A stretch of DNA of 64,000 nt. It comes from Marsupella aquatica. Taxonomy: Eukaryota; Plantae; Marchantiophyta. The translations under genes were made by a program, and so were the position numbers. Under the pieces are notes generated by a model. That model saw only the letters and a list, made by a program, of their open reading frames with translations, ran no database searches and was not told the DNA's origin. The stretch is from positions 19,224,857 to 19,288,856 of the forward strand of contig OZ316893.1 in the NCBI GenBank assembly GCA_973895155.1, read 5' to 3'. How positions within the stretch are numbered: the stretch's first letter is position 1; each line of letters starts with the position of its first letter. Of this stretch, positions 1-13,610 are shown piece by piece.

Positions 1-398
1 AGGGGTCTCTCAAACGGAAGTGTGACAGGTTTAGGCTTGTTTGGGAGAGGCTTGAAACGAGAAAGAAACTTGAGATAGCCATCCTGTTCGTCTCCTTTGA
101 ATTTCTCCGGCCAAGGATACTCAGTCACATTGGTCTTCTTACCCTTGCGAATTTTCGCAGAAACGCTAACACACGCCTCCTTACTGGAACCGTTGTTTCG
201 GGACGGGAGCTTTGCCCCAGCAAAGACAGCTTGCCCAGATGATCCTTCAGCTGCTACTGCTGCTATGCCATTCCTGCTACTCTGAAGACGTGACGAGGAG
301 GCATTGTGCGCACAACATCCGGAATGCGAATCCACTGCGCTCCTCGCAGCAGCTAGAGAAGACGCCTGCAAGCCCAGCGCACCAGTCCCAAATCCCAT
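1..398 (-). CDS. CAC3: Plastid acetyl-CoA carboxylase carboxyltransferase alpha subunit, first coding exon (gene continues beyond window start)
   Basis: Manual minus-strand translation from ATG at 398: MGFGTGALGLQASSLAAARS (Ser/Ala-rich transit peptide) ...KIRKGKKTNVTEYPWPEKFKGDEQDGYLKFLSRFKPLPNKPKPVTLPFERP. This matches the plant alpha-CT N-terminus (KGKK..PWP...FKPL...KPVTL.FE.PL). Absent from the ORF track because it has no stop inside the window. Confidence 0.88.
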   Translation of the reverse strand, partial: MGFGTGALGLQASSLAAARSAVDSHSGCCAHNASSSRLQSSRNGIAAVAAEGSSGQAVFAGAKLPSRNNGSSKEACVSVSAKIRKGKKTNVTEYPWPEKFKGDEQDGYLKFLSRFKPLPNKPKPVTLPFERP

Positions 399-3300
399 TT
401 TCCCACGCCTCCTTCTGTAGACGATCCACCAATCGCTCGGCTAGTTGGAAATGGACTTGCGATGTTGCTATCCTCCCGAATTTCCCTTCGCCTGCTAGAG
501 CTAACTGGTAGCAAGAAATGGCTGGGAGGATGAGGGAAGAGAAGGAGGAGGAGGAGGAGAGAGTGGCAAAGCAAAGGTGAGGTGAGGTGGGCGTCCTGTC
601 CTCAACACACCACACCGGTTGGAGTAAAGAGAGAAAGAAAGGGAGGGCAATGACGAGACCGGCGAGGTGGGAGAGCTTCGGTGCAAGCGAGGAGCGAATA
701 TTTGAGAGCGACAAAAAACCGAGGCGGCAATCTTGAGGACCAGGAGACTCGGCAGGACAAGAAAGGGAGAGAGGATCGATCGACCACCTTGGACAAGCAG
801 CTAGAAAGCAATATTTTTCCTTTCTTTTCTTTCTCTCACTCTGCTGCAGAAGCAAGTGAGGCGAGAGCGCTCATTTGCGATCGGCCGATACCCTTTGTCT
901 TATCGCTGCCGCCGATCTATCATCCACCAGACAATCTATCGGCTCGCGTTTCCCGTTGCTCTCCTCTTTCACTCGCGACTCCTATACTAAACGAATCCAC
1001 TCCTCGTCCACCATCTTCCCCCTTGTTTGCCTGATTGTTTTTGCTCTGCTCTTCAGCGCTCTCGCGTTCTCTGTTCCGTTCTGTTCTGTTGTGTTCTGTT
1101 CTCTGTTCTGTTCTCTGTTGTGTAGCTTTCTTCCAATGCTAGCTCGACGATTCTCTCGACCGCATCGGAAATAACGGCGAGTCCAAGTTAGTACTACTGT
1201 AGGGCGGGGTCCATGTGGGGGATGGGCCGCAGCGAACCCACCTTCCCTCCCTTGCTTCACAATCAGCAGCGTTTCGACGGTGAGCTCATCGAATGCATCC
1301 ACAACACAAAGGCACCGGTTTTCGTATGCTTTGCACCTTTGGTGTGACCGTGTAAGCGCTCCAACTCAATTTTCGGGCACCGAGCACTGCCCGTGGTGAA
1401 CAAATTTATGATTCTTGGAGTAGGTGATATAAAACGCGGAAAGGTCAACATAAAATTTCCACGTGCCAATCGCTGCTCAGGGCTGGATATTCTAGGTGGG
1501 CTGCCCTGTCCTGCCCGGTCTGGCCGTGTTCTACTAAGGGTCCCAAACGAGCTATTTCTCTGTTTTTTGGGGGTGAGCCCCTTTACACATCTAGGTTTGT
1601 CAAAATGCTTCCATGTATTTTGGGAACTCATATGGACCCCATTAGGAACAATGTCACACGGAAGATTCCTACTTAGTTTCTCTCTAAGGTCCATGGGAGC
1701 ATAGTTTTTGTAAAATTTGAGGTCTAGTAACTCCACTACAAAAAGGAGCACGCAGACACATAGAAGGAATGATACAAAAGAACAATCAGGTTTATCATGG
1801 TATGAAAAATCCATTTCAACTTATGGGTGCTTGTCTCATAGCACAATACACCAATCCTATTGTTTGTTTATGTGCGATTACTGTTCGGAAAAATTTTGCA
1901 ACTGTGACCAAAAACTCAACTCTGAGACAAAACTTATTTTGGGATTGATTTGAGTTGGGTCCAAACACCCTTCTCCATCACCGTCATGTTTTGGGGCACT
2001 GATGCATTTGCACGGACTGATTTTTTGTGTGGACAGTAGTGCACAGACCACCTGAGTCAATGGCATTAGCATTATTTGTGAACTGGACATTTTTGACCCA
2101 GGACCATGCCCACAGCATTGAGTTCCTGGGAAATCCCCACTGAAGAGATTGTTTGAGATAACCTACTATAGTAATTTTGGCTGGGCTCCTTTGCTAAAAA
2201 ACCCTGATCCCATAAGTGCATATCTCATAAGTGCAAGCCCTCATTCATATTCATAGCAAGATGGACCATTCTCCCCTTGTTTCCAACACTCTTAAGACTG
2301 AACATAAATGCCTTTGAGCTAACAAGTCTAGTTGTTTGCAAAAGTGCTTGCCTTACATGTAGACCATTGGTGTTAGTAAATTATCATAAAAACTTTTTAA
2401 TAACCTCTTTGTATAAGGATGTCTCAAAACTTGACAATACAGAATAAAGTCTTCCCATAACTCAAGAGTTCTGGGAACTTCCACAAAAGTTGTGAAATCC
2501 AATCTGTAGCTCCCTTAAGCAATGCCTGCGGGCTCAACACTTAAGCAAAAACCTTAACCACTTCCTGTAACTTTAGGAGTAAATCCTGAGATTTTCAAAT
2601 CCAAAAGTCTTGGGCTTTAGGCCTGACATGGCAATAGCTATTGCATTTGGGATGGAGTCTAACAAAAAAAGGAGGAAAAGAGATCTACAATGTGAGACTG
2701 TAACCCTTGCCTTATGGGGCAAGTCAATGTTGTCTCCCCGCATTTGTCAAAAGTGTTTAACTTGGCCCATAATCACAGTTACAAATTGGACCATATATCT
2801 GTAACTTTGACCCAGTGCCCAATCTTGAGACTCCCTATTAACAAGCCACTTCTGGGTAACAAGTGTGCCAAATTTAGCACATAAGAGGAAACACTGGTGG
2901 GCTGGCACCTCCTGCCCGGAAGGTTAGAAAATACAGGAGCAAAGCATTGGCTCACTGTGTGGTTGGTACTCCCAGTTATTTTTGTCCTTCTTGCTTTGGA
3001 AATGCATTTTTGTACCTCCAATCCTTGATTACTCCAATTGTATCCTCCGGTAGTTCTCGCCACACGATGCGGTCTGGGTCATGCCAACCCAGGCAAGGAT
3101 GGACTAGAACCCAGCAGCGGACACACGGGGAAGATTCTTTGATGGTGTATGACTGCGGTTTGAATTTTGAAGCCCGATGGGAGGAGTTTAGGGTTTACTA
3201 TCTTAGTAGTAGTTAACTGGGTTGTTATTTTAACTTGCTTCCATACTTTAATGGGTGGCAATTTTAATTTTCCCAAGCCAGAAAGGTTTCCCAGTCTTGA

Positions 3301-5744
3301 CATTTCCACGGCCTAGCCAGGGCATGTGTTGCCACCCATTCAATAGAAAAAAACATTTTCAAGGGCATTTGTGCACTTCCTCGTTTTTGAAAAAACATGT
3401 TTTCATTCACTTGGTTGCCAAAAAAGTTATTTCGTTTTGGACCACTTCCTCCACTTTCTCCCCCAGTTTCGTAACCCCCAAGTGATGCTAGCCAGGGGGT
3501 TAATTGGGGTTTACAACCATGAACAACAAGAAGAAAATCATGCGAGTGAGGTTCATGATTGTTGAGTTCAAGGCTGGGTCGGTACTGGCAAAAAGTCACA
3601 TCGCAAGGGGAGTAAAAATGAGTGGGGGTTGAAGAAGCCAGAGGCTCTTTGTGTTAATCCGCCACTGCCAGCAAAGTTGTGGGATGACAAAATAATCACT
3701 TTTCTCCACTTTTTATATGTTGCACTCCCCCCCCCCAAAGGAAAGGGAGACATGATCCCACAGGCAGAAGACCCAATAAAGCAAGAGGGGCGGGCAACAA
3801 AAAACCAAGGAGACCAAAAGGCCCAACAGACCCGACAAAAGTCCCTCCTTAAAATTTTTACTTAACATTTTCTTTGTTAATTAAGAAGATTCTTGACTAA
3901 CTATGGTGAGCTGGAGCACGGTTGAGAGGGACCATGCAGGTGCAGGGAAAAGGAAACGGCGGATTGCCCGAAGTACGTCTGTGCAAAATACTGTCCGTGA
4001 GTGAATCCCGTCCATCAATGCAACCAAGTGCTCTCTGTCCGTCGAATGTCAGTCCGTCCATGGCAAGGCTGCCCGTCGGCAGCTATGAACCTACGACCCG
4101 CAAAAACCTACGATGAAGGCATCCGTGCGTGGCAGGGAAGGGCAGGCGGCCCGGATAGGGGCCAGTAATGCCAAGTGGAACGCCACGACCGCACATGCCA
4201 TGTCATTCTGGAGCGGTGGTACATTCAGACTGAACCAAGGTGCCAATAATAAAATCAGAAATCAATATTATCCATTGGGAGTTCCTTTATCGAGCAGGTT
4301 GGAGTACCGTACAGAGCAGCGCAATCTTTTTTAAGGGTTTTCTTTTCTATTGCCAGTGTGGCAAGGGACATACATGATTTTCTTGAAGTGTCTTATGATC
4401 CTTTAAAAACCTTTTAAGGATGACCATTAGATTGTGGCTAATGGGGTCGGTAGTTAGGTGAGAAACTGGCTAATGGGAGACAAAATCTACACAGTTCACC
4501 TTAGTTAGTGTGACTAATTTGAGAGCCCAATTTTCAGGGTCTACTCCTGAATTAGTGTGAGTCACACTCATTTTGTGATAACGTTATTTCCGCGCACATG
4601 AATTAGTATTAGTGTGGTCTCAACAGTGAAAAATTAGAAGGGAAAAACTTATTTTGAAAAGTCACCACTAAAAAACATGCTGGTATAGAGTCATCTGAAT
4701 AACAGCCTCATAGGAATGCTCCTCTACCAGGTTTTCTTTGGTTCAATCTGGGTTTTATTTGATAGTCCAATCTCAGGACCAGAATTTTGTGGCTAACCAG
4801 GATTTAGTGAGTGACCCATTAAATAAAAGATCAATTCACAAAAAATTAATTAGAAAGGGTAGCAAATCATGTTGTGTTCCTTCTAGGTGCAACCCAGCGC
4901 CCTGCTCCCAGGGTGATGGGAACCATTAGATTCTCCAATGTGACAGGATCTTTTGTGGTTAACCAAAGTTAAGTCCCTTAAGCCAATACCAGAAAAGGTG
5001 GTGTTGCAATAATCTATCTAATAAAGCTTGAATCAAAAACTAGGATAATGGCCTAGAGTCTAGACTGAAGCCTCTAGGCAGTGACTCTAGGGCACAATTT
5101 ATTACCTTTGGGGTAGAACTAGACATGGGCACCATAAAACCCACCATCTGTTGATGAGCAAAGCTCAAGAATCAGGCTAGTTAATCTGAAAACAATTGTA
5201 AGTGGTGATACCTGACCAGAAAAAGGTGGGAGCCTAGTAAAACCTAATTTTGGGGTTACCTGTATATGGTACTGTATGTAAGGGTGGGCGTCTGAGACTT
5301 ATGAGTAGAAGGGGGGGGGGGGGGGGGGAGACAACATGAGTACCAATAGGTTAGAGGTGAAGAGAATGTATTCAAACTGCACATCAAAATATGACATATA
5401 TGGTGTACAACATCACTCCATACCATATGATTATTTTCTTGAAATGAATGAGTCACATAGTATATTACCACATTTTGATGTTTGATTACCTAGAGGGGCA
5501 GATAACTAGGGCATCTTAGGGTCAACTCAACACCATTGATTTTGAATGTGTGGCAATCGGTTCCACTCACCATGTCCCTTGCATGACAGTCAAGTGTTTG
5601 GGTCCACTTTGTTTTTGCCTGGTGGTGATTTGGCTATTGTTTGTCCAAGTTAGGGCACAAATCAGGGCTTGTAGGGCAAATTCATTTGTTAGAGGCACCT
5701 TCTGCTTCACCCATTAGTTAGATTGCAGGTGAATGTTTTGTGAA

Positions 5745-5910
5745 GGATTCGAACAGGGAGCGTTAGAGGCTCTCGGTCAATTTTGGCATCCTGCTGGACT
5801 TCATTTCATTCTGTTCATTCTGTTCCGTACATGGATTTGGACAGTGATGCGTGTTAGAGGCTCTTGGTCGATCTTGGCATCCAGTCAAACTTCATTTCAT
5901 TCTGTTTAGT
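5745..5910. repeat. Diverged direct duplication (~90-bp period)
   Basis: gttagaggctct.ggtc.at.ttggcatcc....acttcatttcattctgtt occurs at ~5762 and ~5853. Confidence 0.7.
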
Positions 5911-7979
5911 ACACCCGTTCCTATTGTGCCTTCGATTATACATAGATTTTTCACTTGCACTAGGTGGGTACACGCCATTGCATGTTTATATATATTTGCT
6001 ACATATTCTTTTGCTTCTGAGTTTTGTGTACTTGTGTACTGAGTTTTGCGGGAACCGCACATTCCGTCATGGACGTAGTAGTGGTTTGAGATCCCTAATG
6101 TAGCTGACGAAGTGTGACTTCAGCGAGCAAGTCCTAAAGTAGCGACGGTATATTTTAGTAGAAGGATGTCCTCGGCCTGCAAACGATCCCTGTAAATCCG
6201 TAGAATCCAGAAAAGGATCCGACCGCCTTTCCAGCTCTGGAATGCAGTAGAGTGAAGTGCAAAGGAATTCATGGAAGTGGAGTGCAATCGACGGTGAGCA
6301 CCGGGAATAAAAATTTTCTTGGTGTTGTGTCATAAGAATGCTAGCGAATTGTCAGCGCTAACTTGTCCTGCGATGCCAATAATATGTATCTACTAAATTA
6401 CAAATTACTACTGTTCCGGAAATTTTTATAGTGTCACCTTCTCGAAGAATAGTCTTTCTTTGTCATAAATTGCTGGAGTATGTTGTCTGGAGTTGATTTG
6501 TCCACTGCTCCACTTGGCGTGAACCTCCTTTCCGGCGGATTTGGTTACGACTGTAGAAGAATCGACTGACCGCTTGACGAATTGGTCTCCTGACTCGCTT
6601 GCGCCAGGAATTCTTTCATGGGTTGGATCAATTACGGGAATCTCCAGATTTGTTCCTTGCGTCATTTACTTCTCGAAGAACCGGTCTTTTCTTCTTTCGA
6701 CGTTGGTGTTACTTCTTCTGGCGGTCCTTCAGCACCTTTCTACCGTGGCCTGTCCTGCTCGAGTGGCGTGCAAAACATGGAGGCATTCATACTTTGGTCG
6801 TGGGCTAAATTTGGTTCTCTTCCCTTGCGTTATGAGTCTTTGGAGCCGTGTTACATGAGAACCCATCGGGCCATCGGGGAATGGAGTTCAGTTCTTCATG
6901 CAATGATATTTCGTGTCCTTGGTAGCAATGAGAAGAAGGAAGGACCAGAACATCGCAAATTGCAGTTTAAGAGAGCGAGATCCAGGATCTTTTCGTGAAC
7001 GAAATAGATCTTCGAGACAAAGCAATCATTCTGTTCTCCATACTAACTAAAATGGCACCTATGCGTCTTCACCATCTTTGCAGACCGCGCTTGGAGAGAA
7101 CTGTAGTCGTCATGACAATTGTAGGAACCATTCCAGTGACCAAGTCCCAATTGACTGGAGTGGTAGAGGATGAATAAAAGATTTATAGCCTGAATGATAT
7201 GAGAGTTCATGTTTGAGTCATGCATACAGAATTAAGAAAGAGCCGACTGGAGGTTTGAATGAATAGCCTCATGAATGATCATATGTCCATTACATTCCAG
7301 TTGTCACATCAGGAAAACATCCTGAAGCCAGATGAAATTCAAGGCCAAGGAAAAATCAAAAGCTCTGCCGAACATACTCAATTATTGAGGAGATGGACTT
7401 CATGTCCCGAGATTTGGCAACGTACATACTCCCCTCTTCCCAAACTCGGAATGTACAGTTCAGAGAAGGAATGGAAAACATGAAGATCAGCCATGCACAG
7501 TGACACGAGCACATTTGTGCTTACTTTATAAATGAGATCAAAAAATGCCGATGATGATCAAAATGCTCAACTACTGTCTATCCTAGAGCTAGGAAAGGCT
7601 ATGACACTATTTGCACCCACTTCTTGATATGGGGTAACCCTTTTCCTCGTCAGGGGATCTATCATTTCAGTTTACTCTCAATCTGACAATCGGTTTCTGG
7701 CAACAAAAGCCTGCGGTGATCCTACGACCACAAATTAGATGCTACAAATACAAAATGCGTGGGAAAGAAATCATACGATGACACTACAATCACGGCTAGT
7801 AATGCTTCAGTCAACCCCTCAGCATCGTAGGAAAACGCCCTTCATAAACAACATGTGATCACTTCTGCGCTGCATTTCCCATAAGTGCTTTCCGTCTTCG
7901 ACCAGAAGTTCTCTTCCCATCTTTTCAAGAGTGACGAGTGTGACAAAATCCTGACATCTAGCATATGTCACCAACATCT

Positions 7980-10900
7980 TCAAGAGAAAGAAATGCGAGC
8001 ATCACCCGGATTTAGCAGAGTGTCTTTCATTATCCATCCCTGCCGAGACGAAAACCCATTAGTACCACCACCCACGACACAAGGGGAGCTCAAGTTTGAA
8101 TCCGCGGACCCAGTTCATAAGACACAACGACAAGCCTTACCTGAGTAGCTGCCTCGCGCTTGAATGTCTTAAACAGGGGATCAATATACTCGTAACTTTT
8201 TGCAACGGCCTTCATAACGCCATCCTCACAGGACCATTCGGCACTCAATTTAGTAACTTTCTTAGTCGGGGGTTTTCTCCCTTCGTTCTTTTGAAGTGGC
8301 ACTTTCTTTAGAATTTTTAGGAGCACATGTGCCTGCGAAACGAGACCAGGAGATGTTAGAAAGGGTAAAACACCCAAGAACGTAGCATCATGTCAATACG
8401 TCCAGAGTCCAGATGTCGCGGCGAAATGCTTCCTATTTACAGATACACAGAGTGCAACTTACATGAAATGCAGCACGAAGTACATCATCTGAATTTGCAC
8501 TGGCCTTCAGCACCACGTATGCCCGTCTCCTTTTTGTATTGTATGTCAAAAGGTAGTTTTCTCTCTGCAGCGAGGACACAATCAATTAGCAAATTAAATT
8601 GTAGGTATATTTATCCGATGTCCATAGTAGGATGTCACGTATGACAAAAGCATCCTTCACAATTACGACCACTGTGCATCAACAGCATCATGTCTCAAAG
8701 ACATCCCGACCCTAGGTGGGTAAGCTTCACTTACGACTCTAAGATGCTTTATAACTCTACTCACAACGGGAAAATATGCATTGGGAAACTTCTCCCAGAT
8801 GTCGAAACTTTTGGAAAAAGCCCATTGGACATATACCTCAAATAAAGCTCTTGTTATTTGAAACTCCTGTGGGGTCGAAAAAGCATCCAGCACTCGAGCG
8901 CCTGCCCGAACAAAAAAGCACATGAGATTTAATTGTTTAGGTGCTTAGATTCAATATAGAACCGGCGTTAGATCAACACCACTGTAAAAATGGGATCCAT
9001 CCGTGCTGGTGATATGATGACTCTCACCTACTTCCACGGGTTTCTCCAGTGCAAAAGGCGCAAATAAAATATTTTCTTTAGCGTTTGCATACTCCACTGA
9101 CGGGACTTGGCCTGCAAAGCAAAGAAACAATGCCCACGCAAAGCTCTCAATACAAATCAAAAGCCTCAACATCGATCCATGCAACAGTTTTGTATACCGG
9201 CGCCAAATCGAAACTGAGATACTAAAAGGGCTTATAACCAGAAGGCGTGAAGTTCTTAGGCAGCAGATAATTTCGGCAACTTCAACAAAACATAAATTGA
9301 TCTCCTTAGCACCTCAGCTTGAAGTATATGTGAACACTCAGTACGAGCAGTGGCAGTGCTCCTAGGGAAAGGATATCTACCTGTGTCAAGAAAGGCTTGC
9401 GCAGCCATGCCAAATCTTGCTCTATTCATAGTGGGCAAACGCACTGCTTTTACCTGCTCACCAACATATCAAGAACTCGGACGAGTAAGTAACAAATGGT
9501 TGCACAAACATTTGTACAGTGAATGAATTGGAGCAAAGACACGATACTACGGGACAAGTGGTACAAAGAAATTTGAAGTACGTCACAATACCTCCTTGTA
9601 GGACCCGATAACATATCCGGTGGAAAGTGTCAGGAAAGTCAATAACATTGAAGGATTTTTTTTCGACAAACAGATCCCGAGTGCGGTCCCAAACTGCAAG
9701 AACAGCAGGGGGATTAGGGTTAGTATTCAAAGAAATATTGCAAACCGAGCCAACAGGAGAGACCAGAATGAAAGACCCTAAGGGTTTTCAGGAATAACAG
9801 CGACAAAATACCTACTAGATCTGCAATATTGCTTATACATTCGCCTTTGGCTGTCACATCTCCGATATTCTCTGCACGAGCAAACGCCTTATATATCGGC
9901 GCCCGGGTTGATGTTGCTGTCACGGCTGCCATATTCTGCAATGTATGTCATAAAACACATCCTCACCTCGACGTAATGGAACAAACTATAGGCAAAGTTG
10001 CATGAGAATCCGCCTCTCTGGACAAACTTCAGTAAATTGAGTTCCTTCGTCTAAATAGGTCGAACTGGTTGGATAGAAGGAAAGTGAAATACGGAATTTC
10101 AAGTACGGAATTTCAAGCCAGGAAAGGTGCAAGGCAGTACCTTAGCTACGCTAGCTGCACAGGCAAGAGGAAGAAATAGCTGCGGGAAAGACATAGTCAA
10201 CAGCTCCACTCCTGCAGCGAGCTCCATCAGAAGATCGGCCCCAAATCGCAGCTGCCATTCACCCACAACCCTGCAGATTGAATTTACTACACAACCTGTT
10301 CCACTTCTACACAATTGCCGACGCAAATACAGTTGCAATCTTCGAAACCCAGGCGCATCCAGGTATATGCGGGAATATGATCCTACCTGTTTTAAATGAC
10401 AATCAAACTTCTTCCCATGTCGTGCAAAAATCATCCTTCCTATACGCCCCGCTCCATCCTGTATTAGTGCCAAACACAGCTGCAATTAGGGCGAAACTAC
10501 GAAATCAATTAGTAAGGCCTGGCTAAATCTGCGAGCTTAGTTCTATCCATCTGCACCTGAGGGGAAAACTGCTCACATCGCCTCGATTCAACTTGCCTGC
10601 AGTGAGTTTGAAGTTCCTAAGCGTGACTAAATTTCCATCAAATTAGGTGGAAGCGTACCTTGATGACCCAATGCACCGCCACAGCTCCCGACGCTGAGCC
10701 TTTTCGAGAAACGCCAAGGGCGTGTAACAGTGATCTCGTAGTGAATACACTCATAGCACCACCAAAAAAATACTGCGCACCAACCCATACTTGGTGAACT
10801 CTTTCAAAAATTATCCTGGGATTGACGAATTTGGCAACTGATGGCATAAATACTCACAACAAAGGCAGATTACACGACCCACATGTAACTGCTTGACGAT

Positions 10901-12113
10901 TCATCAAGCAATTTATTTTAAGCCAACAAAAGATATGGATGGCAGCATCCCACGCTCGTATGCAATTTATGACGGCTTGATAAAATACTCTTCCTCCCTA
11001 CCAGTACACTAACACTTACGTGCCATCTAATCCGGGCGAATAAAGTTGGAACAGCAGCCCTCCAAGAGCACAATTGCTTTCAATTCCGGTCTGAAAGACA
11101 GTACGAGATATATAAAGTATCAAAATTTACCTGCACGGCGCGCCATTGCATGTAAGGCGTGTAAGCAGGTGCCACGCTATTAGGATAGCCTTCCGGCACC
11201 ACATATGACTTAAGGAAACTCATCGTCTCCTGGATAAACAAAAATGAACAAAGGCGCGAAATAATGAGTACCCAAGGTAAGCTCAATCTCTGCGGCAACA
11301 AACTATTGAGCCGAGCCGCACATTGCCCTCCGCCATATTTCCTAGCAAAGCAGGTGCCGTCAGCTATCCCTTTCACACAAAGACGGGTACAAATTTCTTC
11401 GATATAGTCCAGAAAGCGGGGAGGAATAATAGAAACTTGCAAGGCTTACTGCAGTTTGATTATCAAAATCCTACTTTTTTTTCAAACGAAGAAGAGTCCA
11501 TTAGATTCTAAAATTTGTTGAAATTCTGAACACAACTATAGAAAAATCGCAGTGCGCTATCTACGAACGAATGATACCGCCAAGTCCGAACCCTGGTGCT
11601 TCGACAATACCAGAACCGATCATTTGAGCAAACTTCAGCTGATATCAGTTTCACTGACCATCCTACCGGACCCGGAGAGCGAGGGCAGGAAAATTACCGT
11701 CAGAAAACACTGGACGTTGACAAACAAGAACAGAGGAAGCTCACCTTCAAGTGATCTCGCTCCATCTCCGGCCGGACGCGATTCCATCTCTGCAAGCCGG
11801 TGTCAAACGAACCGATGTTCCAGTCCGCGCCTCCGACCGTCTCACGACAAACGAGACTGACGTCCGGGGACTTGGACGAGGCGGCGGGTTGTCGTCCAAC
11901 AGACGGTGGTGAGGAGGAGAGCACTGCGAGGTTCTTGGACAAATTTCGCAGCAGCAGAGGCGCAGCGTAGTCGGGCCATGTATTGCAGATCGTCGCCTGT
12001 TGCGGCGGGCTCACCTGCTCAACGATGGCCCGAGATGGAACACCTCCTCTGCCACCTCGAGCGGCAGCCGTCCGAAGAGGCGTCTGATGAGACGATGGCC
12101 CTCCTCTCGCCAT
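7980..12113 (-). CDS. RUS6: ROOT UVB SENSITIVE 6-like protein (DUF647/RUS family), multi-exon
   Basis: Exon 1 is 12113-11745 (MARGGPSS...HLK|gtgag). Exon 11229-11131 is ETMSFLKSYVVPEGYPNSVAPAYTPYMQWRAVQ. Later exons give YFFGGAMSVFTTRSLL, DGAGRIGRMIFARHGKKFD, LRFGADLLMELAAGVEL, NMAAVTATSTRAPIYKAFARAENIGDVTAKGECISNIADL and LPTMNRARF. The last exon GWIMKDTLLNPGDARISFS* ends at 7980. These motifs match the RUS6 subfamily. Confidence 0.92.
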
Positions 12114-12911
12114 CCTTCTCCTTGCCTCCTTCTTGCATTCCCTTCCCTTCCCTTCCCTTCCTTCCACCCCTCGTCTCCACTTCCTTATTTTCCTTCTCTC
12201 ATTTCTCAGTCCTCCTTCACTCCAGCGATTTCTGTTGGAGAAGTAAAGAACAAAACAGAACAGAACCAGAACTGAGCAGAGAGAACACTTCAGGGAGACA
12301 ATTTTACGCAATTCGGAACGAAATGATGATTTGGGCTGCTTTCAATCCGACCGCCTCGAGAAGGATTTTGTTGGGAGGGAGGGAGGGAAGAGACCAGAAA
12401 CGTAACAGAGCAGAGCAGAGCAGAACAGAGAGCAGAAAGGGGCAATTTCCCCGAGAAACAGAATGACGATCTTGACGCGAAGAGTGGTTTTGCTTTGAAC
12501 GGGGCTTTGAGAAGGGGGATTTTGTTGCGTACAGTCCGTGCCGTGCTGTCGATGCGGATCCCGTCCCGTCGTTCTCGTCCGTGAATCGCAGTTCGGGAAA
12601 CTCCGTCGGGATCGACAGCACACGGAAGTTACCGGAACGGATCCGCCGCGAATTGGCGGAAATGGTTGGCAAGGTGGGCCCCGCCAAACCCAAGCCAAGC
12701 CAGCCCTTCATCCTCGGGAAAGGATACGTTAAAGGTCGTGTTGCGCTAAACTAGAATAAACCGAAGACGGCGGGACCTCCCGTGATTGGACGGACCTGGC
12801 TGGATGAATCCGTGGATGGGTTCATGTTGGGACGGGTGTTTGGGTGCACGGACTGGTGATTGCGTACTTTTACCTTTCACAAAACGTTACTGTAGAGTGC
12901 TCGCTAGCCAG

Positions 12912-12933
12912 AGGGTTTAGGGTTTAAACCCTA
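12912..12933. promoter_or_regulatory. Telo-box / telomere-like motif cluster upstream of RUS6
   Basis: agggtttagggtttaaacccta; includes the perfect 16-bp palindrome tagggtttaaacccta (12918-12933), about 800 bp upstream of the RUS6 ATG. Confidence 0.45.
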
Positions 12934-13244
12934 TGACCCCTCCATGTGCTTTTGAGGTTTCTCCTTTTGAGAACATGTTCTCTCGTGGTACTGGGAGAAC
13001 CTTTTGAGATTTTTTCTATATTTAATATTTTTAATTCGTGACAACATATAATCAGCAAAATACTCTAGCTAAAGATATTCTTAACGAGACCCTAACTTTT
13101 CAAATCTACTTAAATGGGCCCCTTGTCCCTGTAACCCTTTCTTATGACCTATCATATTATTTTTTAATTGTAACATGATTGTACAATTATCTACGTCAGT
13201 CCTGCCGTCTAGAAGCAATTTTAAGTGTACTCTTGTTTGATTTT

Positions 13245-13610
13245 CGTGCTGGACGTATAGTTGATAATTTCAAACTAATGCAAAACATCTTAGTCTATTT
13301 CAACATCTTAACTATTAGTTTCGCATCAACTAATAGAAATTTTCATGCTGGACATATAATTGATAATTTCTAATTAAGTTATGCTGGACATATAATTGAT
13401 AATTTTCAACTAATTTGTCACTAAAGATGTTCTAATAGACAATATAATTGCCAAAAAAATTGACATTTATAAATATGTCACATCTCTTGTATGGACAACA
13501 ACTTCACCAATGTAACAGGGGTAACCATATACAAAAACCATGGCATATTTGTTGAGGTGATAAAAATAATGACAATATTGTAAATTAGAACATCTTTAGT
13601 GGCAATGTAA
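13245..13610. repeat. AT-rich short tandem repeats plus 22-bp inverted repeat (MITE-like/foldback remnant)
   Basis: gctggac(a/g)tata(a/g)ttgataattt occurs three times (~13248, 13348, 13383). ttgtcactaaagatgttctaat (~13415) is the reverse complement (21/22) of attagaacatctttagtggcaa (~13583). Confidence 0.6.

Noticed and set aside
277-1302. Long ORFs 277-855, 681-1034 and 982-1302 as genes
   Set aside because: They are low-complexity, GA/CT-rich 5' UTR or promoter sequence of CAC3 (ttctg repeats) with no recognisable domains.
6067-7483. Cluster of short ORFs downstream of RUS6 as another gene
   Set aside because: No recognisable motif and no consistent exon chain on either strand; cannot be supported.
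11272-11289. 18-nt micro-exon (RLSLPW) in RUS6
   Set aside because: It would leave a 42-nt intron, implausibly short; at most an alternative in-frame acceptor.
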